From: Eledone cirrhosa
Taxonomy: Eukaryota
Length of the DNA stretch: 64,000 nt
NCBI GenBank assembly: GCA_964016885.1
Contig: OZ024740.1
Span: forward strand, 420,670,001 to 420,734,000
Direction of reading: 5' to 3'
Positions 53,650 through 64,000 of the stretch are shown here, one piece after another. Made by a program: the position numbers and the translations under genes. Below the pieces are notes generated by a model that saw only the letters and a program-made list of their open reading frames with translations, had not been told where the DNA came from and did no database searches. Position 1 is the first letter of the stretch; each line of letters opens with the position of its first letter.

Positions 53650-53925
53650 AGGGTGGTGGTGGTGGTGTGGAGGTATCGGTAGGGTGGTGGTGGTGGAGTG
53701 GCAGTAATGGTAGGATGGTGGTGGTGGAGTGGAGGTAGGGTGGTGGTGGAGTGGAGGTATTGGTAGGGTGCTGGTGGAGTGGAGGTATTGGTAGGGTGGT
53801 GGTGGTGTGGAGGTATTGGTAGAGTGCTGGTGGAGTGGAGGTATTGGTAGGGTGGTGGTGGTGGAGTGGCAGTATTGGTAGGGTGGTGTAGTGGAGGTAT
53901 TGGTAGGGTGGTGGTGGTGATGGTG
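53650..53925. repeat. G-rich (GGT/GGA) low-complexity minisatellite, ~30-bp period
   Basis: Repeats of gtagggtggtggtggagtggaggtattg. Confidence 0.85.
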
Positions 53926-54573
53926 GACAAAATGCTTTGGTGTATTTAGTTAGAACTTCCTATGTTCTGAGTTCAAATCTTACTATGGCCAGCTTTAAAT
54001 TTGATCCTTACAAGCTTGATAAAATAAAGTACCATCAACGTACTGAGGTCAACCCTTTAGTTAACAACCCAGCCAAAACCAGCTCTGGTTCTATAAAGCC
54101 ACCCATTTTAAAGGTTTCCAATTTGTATTAAAATCTTCCAACAGACTTTTATATAAGAACCTTACACTAAGTTACAATCTTAGTAATGAAATAATTAATA
54201 ATTTTAGTCTCTATCTCTTAAAATTCTTCATTAATTAATTAAAACAGAGTGTATTTCATTAGAAATGTGGCCAAGAAAGGGTTAATGTTTGACTTTCTTG
54301 AAATTACTGTCTCTGGGCCAAAACTGGAAACAATTATAACACAACACAAGGGATGAAATCAAGTAGATAAGATACTGAAATTCCATTTTATAGGTTGTAG
54401 TTTTAAATTTCATGCAATCTACGGGGGTTTTCAGAAATAGTCTTGCTAGCAGGGAAAGCAGACATTAAATGATGATGATGATGATGATGACGATTATATA
54501 TATATATCTGGTAAAACGTTATGTAATGATAAAACCATTGTATTGTATCTGGTAAAACATTAACCTTACATAG

Positions 54574-54611
<38 letters not shown>

Positions 54612-54615
<4 letters not shown>

Positions 54616-57600
54616 TCATCATCATCATTTTACGTCCGCTTTTCCCTGCTTGCAAGGGTGGGACGGGTCTTATTCAGCACAGCATCTCTCCACTCGTCAC
54701 GATCCCTCATCATCTCCACCGTGAGCTTCAATGATCTGAGGTCTGCTCTCACCACCTCCGCCCATGTTTTTCGTGGTCTACCTCTACCACGTCTTCCTTC
54801 AACTGGCATTTCCTGGCACTTCTTCACCCATTGGTCATCCTCCATGCGCATCACATGTCCATACCACCTCAGTCTCCTCTCCCGTACACTACATTCTATC
54901 CCTCTCAGACACAGTTTCTCTCTCAACACATTTATGCTGGGTCGTTCACGCACATTTACACTGCACATCCAACGGAGCATGCTTGCCTCATTTCTATCCA
55001 GCCGTCGCATATCCTCTGCAGTTGCTGCCCATGTCTCACTACCATGCAGCATCGCGCTCCTCACACAGGCATCATACAACCGGCCTTTCGTACGCAGGGA
55101 GAAACCCTGCTTTGTTAACAGAGGAAGCAGCTCCCTAAACTTCTTCCGACCCGTCCTTATTCTAGATACTATGGCCTCGGAACACCCTCCTCCCATGCTA
55201 ATCTGATCTCCTAGGTACCGGAAGCTATCCACCACTTCTATAGCGCCCTCCTGCATTTGAAAAATGTGTCTATCAATGCGACTTCTACTGTCTAATTTCC
55301 CTGTACATCTACTGCATACATATTTCTCCCTACCTGTTAGTTTGCCTGCTATCCCACTACATCTCTTGTGTACCCAGGATCTGCAGTGTGTGAATTTTAT
55401 AGAATTTATGCCAGTTCCTTTTCTGCATATCGAACATGGCCATTTCCCTGACGGAATCAGGGTTTTGTCCTCTTTTCAACTCATCAACACTTTTGTCTTA
55501 GCTAGATTCACTCTCAGTCCTCTTGCTTCCAACTGCTGTTTCCATAGCCAGAATTTATTCTCTAGCTGCTCTACTGATTCTGCTATAAGAACCATATCGT
55601 CAGCATAGAGAAGTTCCCATGGACAGCCAGTCTTAAACTCCTCTGTTATGGCTTGGAGGACTGTAATGAACAAGAGCGGGCTGAGAACCGAACCCTGATG
55701 TACTCCTACTTGTATCTGGAATTCCTCACTAAACTCCATTCCTACCCTGACTTTACTGTCCTGACAAGCCATTCCTCAACACCTAGCTTCCTTAGGGACC
55801 ACCAGCTGACAGATCGGGGTACCCTATCAAAGGCCCTCTCTAGGTCAACAAAGGCTAAGTATAGTGGCTTATTCTTCTCTAGGAACCTCTCTTGCAATTG
55901 TCTCACCAAGAAGAGGGCATCTGTTGTACTCTTCCCAGGCACAAAACCAAACTGCATCTCAACTAGTTTGACCCTTTCTCTAATTAGTTGTGCTAAAATC
56001 CTTTCTGCCACTTTCATAACCCGATCTATCAGTTTTATACCCCTATAATTGCTCCTCTCCAAAGCATCCCCTTTACCCTTGTAGCAATTTATGAGAATAC
56101 TGCTGCACCAGTCCTTGGGTATGACACCACCATATATAGCCTGATTGATCATGCGTGTAACCAGTTTAGTGCCTATGTCCCCTGATGCCTTCAGCATCTC
56201 AGCAACTATTCCCGATGGTCCGGCAGCCTTACCATTTTTCATTTCCCTAATCGCCTCTTGGACCCTATATTCGTCAATCTCAATAGCTGGTCCCTCTGTC
56301 AGATCTACCAAGGGTAATTTCTCTCTCTCCCATTCATTCTCCACATTCATCAGTCTCTCATAATGACATTTCCAGGCCTCCTTTTTCTGATCATTCGTGA
56401 CACTAAGTACACCGGCATCATCCCGGACACATTTATCTCCAACAACATCCTGATTTGCATTGACACACTGCCTTGCAATGTGGAACACCGCACGCCTCTG
56501 ATCTTCCCGTCGCAGAACATTGGCAAACCTCCTACTCTCTGCCTCCCTGCGTGCTAAGTACACTTGACGTCTAGCTTCTCTCTTAGTGGCTGTATATTCT
56601 TCCCTACTCCCACCCTTTTTCCAAGCCTTCCATGCTAGTCTTTTATCTCTAATAGCCTTATCTACTGTGCTGTTCCACCACTAGGTCACTCTCTGTCTGG
56701 TTGGAGCTCTGCTCCAGCCACAAGTTTCATCGGTAGCCTGCAGCAAGTTGTCACGTAAGAAATTCCAGTTATTATCTATGTCATACGTCTCTAAATCGTC
56801 TTCTTTTTCGTCATATACATCTTGAAGGGCTTTCCTAAATTTGTATTTTAGTGAAAGGTCTTTTAGCTTCCAGACCTTTCTTCTCCACACCTTCCTATAT
56901 GTCTCATTCCATCTCTTGCTTACTGAGATATCACTAACAACTAACCTATGCTGTGGGGTACATTCTTCCCCAGGGTATGCCTTGGTATTAGACACTATCT
57001 GCCTGTCCCGCTGCCTAACTAGCAGAAAGTCAATCTGGCTTATGTGCTCACCAGATTTGTAGGTTATTAGGTGATTGGGAGGTTTCTGGAAGTTTGTGTT
57101 GCAAATAGTCAATGTACCCGCATCACAAAATTCAAGAAGTCTCACTCCTTCATTTCTTGAACCGTAACCGTGCCCACCATGTACCCCAGTGTAACAATCC
57201 TGGAGCTGTCCAACATGACCATTGAAGTCTCCTGCTAGCATAACGATGTCTCCGTCCTCTGTCATTGTGGTTGTTTGCAAAAGTTGCTCATAAAAGCAGT
57301 CTTTCTCATCTTTACCTAGGCCTGCTTGGGGAGCATAGGCCGAGATGATTGTCAGTAGTCTCCTACCTACAACTAATCTAAGCTTAATTATTCGATTACT
57401 AACTCGAACTACCTCTATTGTCTTGTTGATCCATTTCTCAGCCAGGAAAATGCCTACTCCCCCTAGCCCATCATCCTTACCTACCGAGAATAGCTTATAG
57501 CTAAGACGCTTGCCTACGACTAGTCTCGCAGAGGCACCTCTCCATCTCACCTCTTGCACGCAGCACACATCCACCTGCCTTCTCTCCAGCATCTCCGCTA

Positions 57601-57670
57601 TTTCAGCAGATCTACCTCTGAGAGTGCCAACATTAAGTATTGCAACTCTGAGATGCGACGTCTTCATATT
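54612..57670 (-). pseudogene. Second RTE-clade LINE (different subfamily), near full length but disrupted
   Basis: EN (LNVGTLRGR, CVQEVRW, GDFNGH), RT (GVHQGSVLSPLLF, LYADD) and C-terminus in separate frames. Stop at 56681, frameshifts near 55770, 55476 and 55260, (ATG)n tail at 54612-54628. A short 3' copy lies at 23870-24015. Confidence 0.92.
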
Positions 57671-58539
57671 TTGTTGTTGTTCCTATTTGCTGCTGTGCTG
57701 ATAAGCGTTTTGGCATTGATACACTGGTTGGATGCCCTTCCTAACACCAGCGCCACTTTACAGCATGGACTGGGTGCTTTTATTTGTGCCACCAGCACTA
57801 GAGAGGATGTCTTACTAGACTCAAGGGCCCTCTCTACCCCTCCATTTTACAGCATGGTCATTTAAAAAAAAAAAAAAAAATTATTGACACGACGCACACA
57901 CAAACACTCACACACTAACACTCATGCATACAAACCACAACCACAGACACGCCAACACTCATTCATGCATACAATCACACACACCACTCACAAACACACA
58001 TATATATATATATATTACCGACATTACCGACAGTACTGATACAAATACAAAATCAAAATCAAAATCATCAAAATAAAAATCAATATCATGTCAACTGTTG
58101 ACCTTTACCAGTCCAGTTCAGCTTGTGTATAATAATAATAATAATAATAATAATAATTGTTTGCTTTACGCTGGTAATGGCGGTGGTGGTGGTGTCAGTT
58201 GTGGTGATGGTGGTGGTGGCAGTTGTTGGTGATGTAGTTGTTATTGTAGTTGCTGTTGCTGTTGCTGTGTTCGCTGTTGTTGTTGTTCTTCATTTCACTG
58301 CTGCGGTTGCTGCAGACAATGGTGTTGATGCTGTTATTGCTGTCGCATATATACAAACACATACATACACACACATTCAACACAGATAATGGTGTTGTTG
58401 CCGTTGTTGTTGGTGTTGCTGCTGTTGTTGTTGTAGTTGTTGCTGTGTTATATATATATATATCTGGTAAAACATTATGTAATGATACAACCATTGTATT
58501 GTATCTGGTAAAACATTAACCTTACATAGATCGATATAT

Positions 58540-62226
<3,687 letters not shown>

Positions 62227-62232
<6 letters not shown>

Positions 62233-62596
62233 ATTAAATAAATGGAAACTATATTTATAAAACCATATTTATTTCATTATATATATTTCAGGGATAACAT
62301 ATTAACAATATGCTATGTCAACCAAATCAACCTTCTCAAATGCAAGTAGATGTTGTTACGGTATGTCGAATCTATTTATCTATAAAACTGTTTATATTGT
62401 ATTTTGTCTGAGGAAGGCATAGCATATTGTTAATATGTTATCCCTGAAATATATATAATGAAATAAATATGGTTTTATAAATATAGTTTCCATTTATTTA
62501 ATATTGTAAATATACTCCAAATATTTGTCGAGTGCTTTTATATCAGTTATAAATATTTACTAGTTGTAACACAACAATTTAAATATAACTTTCCAT
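62227..62596 (+). mobile_element. Hammerhead-bearing element in (TA)n with ~90-bp inverted partial copy
   Basis: 62227-62317 is the reverse complement of 62418-62508. Hammerhead at 62400-62465. (TA)n on both sides. Confidence 0.7.
62400..62465 (+). ncRNA. Minimal type I hammerhead ribozyme (same family as 20919)
   Basis: tattttgt-CTGAGGA-aggcatagcatatt(gtt)aatatgttatccct-GAAA-TATATA-TA-atgaaata. Stem I is 8 bp with G-U pairs and stem II is long. Predicted cleavage after 62457. Confidence 0.83.
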
Positions 62597-62642
62597 ATAT
62601 ATATATATATAATACATATAATATATATATATATATATATAA

Positions 62643-62701
<59 letters not shown>

Positions 62702-62719
62702 ATATATTATATATATATA

Positions 62720-62766
<47 letters not shown>

Positions 62767-63001
62767 GAAACACACAGATACATGCGGACACACACATATA
62801 TATATACATGAATGCATCCGCACCCAACTGTGAGTTAAGGGTGCCAACTTCACCGATGTTGCTCAATGAATGACTGGGACAGACCAATTCAATTTGAACC
62901 AGACTGAACCAGTATCAGAGTTAAAAATACATTATGAAGAGAGAAGAAACATTTAGATATAATTAGTAATAAAATGTATCATACCTAAACTGTTCCTAAA
63001 T

Positions 63002-63089
63002 TCCTCGACTACGTAGTTTCGTGGCATAAACAAAAACAATATATCAAAGATATAGAGTCCTTGCGAGGTCTGCCGACTTATCAAGAGGA
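63002..63089 (-). ncRNA. Inverted copy of the 63534-63621 hammerhead
   Basis: Reverse complement of 63534-63621. Confidence 0.78.
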
Positions 63090-63533
63090 TACCTCATGTA
63101 TTTTTAACTCTGATACTGGTTCAGTCTGGTTCAAACTGAATTGGTCTGTCCCAGTCATTCATTGAGCAACATCGGTGAAGTTGGCACCCTTCACTCACAG
63201 TTGGGTGCGGATGCATTCATGTATATATATATGTGTGTGTCCGCATGTATCTGTGTGTTTCCAAATATATTAATAACTCCCTCTGGTCGAGCAATCTTTG
63301 AAGTGTGGGGACAACTGGAAAGCTTCCATTACTCATACTTCTCGCCTTCTTCACTACCTCTTCTACGGCCTCGATATGAATACCCCCTCCGCCTCCGTGG
63401 TATTTTCTTCGTGGTTATAGGAGGCTTAGCTCTGTTTCTCGACCGTTATATCGCGTGACTATCTCCCCCTCCGCCTTTTGGGATTCTTTCTCACGTCGTG
63501 TAGACGCGTTCTTGAGACTAGTAAAATGAGGTA

Positions 63534-63621
63534 TCCTCTTGATAAGTCGGCAGACCTCGCAAGGACTCTATATCTTTGATATATTGTTTTTGTTTATGCC
63601 ACGAAACTACGTAGTCGAGGA
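63534..63621 (+). ncRNA. Type I hammerhead ribozyme with U3-A8 core and extended stem II
   Basis: tcctc-TTGATAA-gt(c)ggca...tgccac-GAAA-CTACGTAG-TC-gagga. G10.1-C11.1 is intact, stem III is palindromic (ACTACGTAGT), GUC cleavage triplet ends at 63616. Confidence 0.8.
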
Positions 63622-63690
63622 ATTTAGGAACAGTTTAGGTATGATACATTTTATTACTAACTATATCTAAATGTTTCTTCTCTCTTCATA

Positions 63691-63814
<124 letters not shown>

Positions 63815-63826
63815 TATATATATATA

Positions 63827-63862
<36 letters not shown>

Positions 63863-63864
<2 letters not shown>

Positions 63865-64000
63865 AAGGCGGGTAAAATTCCCGAGATCCATGGACAAGTT
63901 CTCTCCAGCGGTCTCTGTCCATCGTTATCGCTGCCATATCCTGCATCTCCAACAGACCAGTGTCTGTCCTTAGGGCATCAACATATGTTAACCTTGGTCT
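63863..64000 (-). mobile_element. 3' end of another RTE-group LINE running off the window
   Basis: Translation RPRLTYVDALRTDTGLLEMQDMAAITMDRDRWRELVHGSREFYPP* carries the RP..T(W/Y).D...DR..W C-terminal motif. The stop codon abuts (TA)n. Confidence 0.7.

Overview
AT-rich, repeat-dominated animal genomic DNA, most likely an octopus or other coleoid cephalopod. This is inferred from the SINE/RTE repertoire and long (TA)n tracts and is not proven. One host gene is visible: the last three coding exons of a dimethylarginine dimethylaminohydrolase (DDAH)-family gene on the minus strand (34484-34677, 23631-23762, 18941-19138), none of which is in the ORF track. Its 5' exons are not seen and probably lie beyond 64000. 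The rest is mobile and repetitive DNA: a near-intact RTE-clade LINE, a decayed second RTE, a full-length broken mariner, CR1- and CRE-like fragments, tRNA-derived SINEs, MITEs, and four tandem arrays (47/48, 69, ~32 and 41/43 bp units, the last ~15 kb with higher-order repeats). The most interesting signal is a set of short non-coding elements in or beside (TA)n microsatellites. They carry minimal type I hammerhead ribozyme folds and most have an inverted self-copy. Some use a compensatory U3-A8 core, and one shows a circularly permuted ~595-nt monomer. This fits non-autonomous Penelope-like / retrozyme-type elements. All folds were derived by eye and none has been tested.
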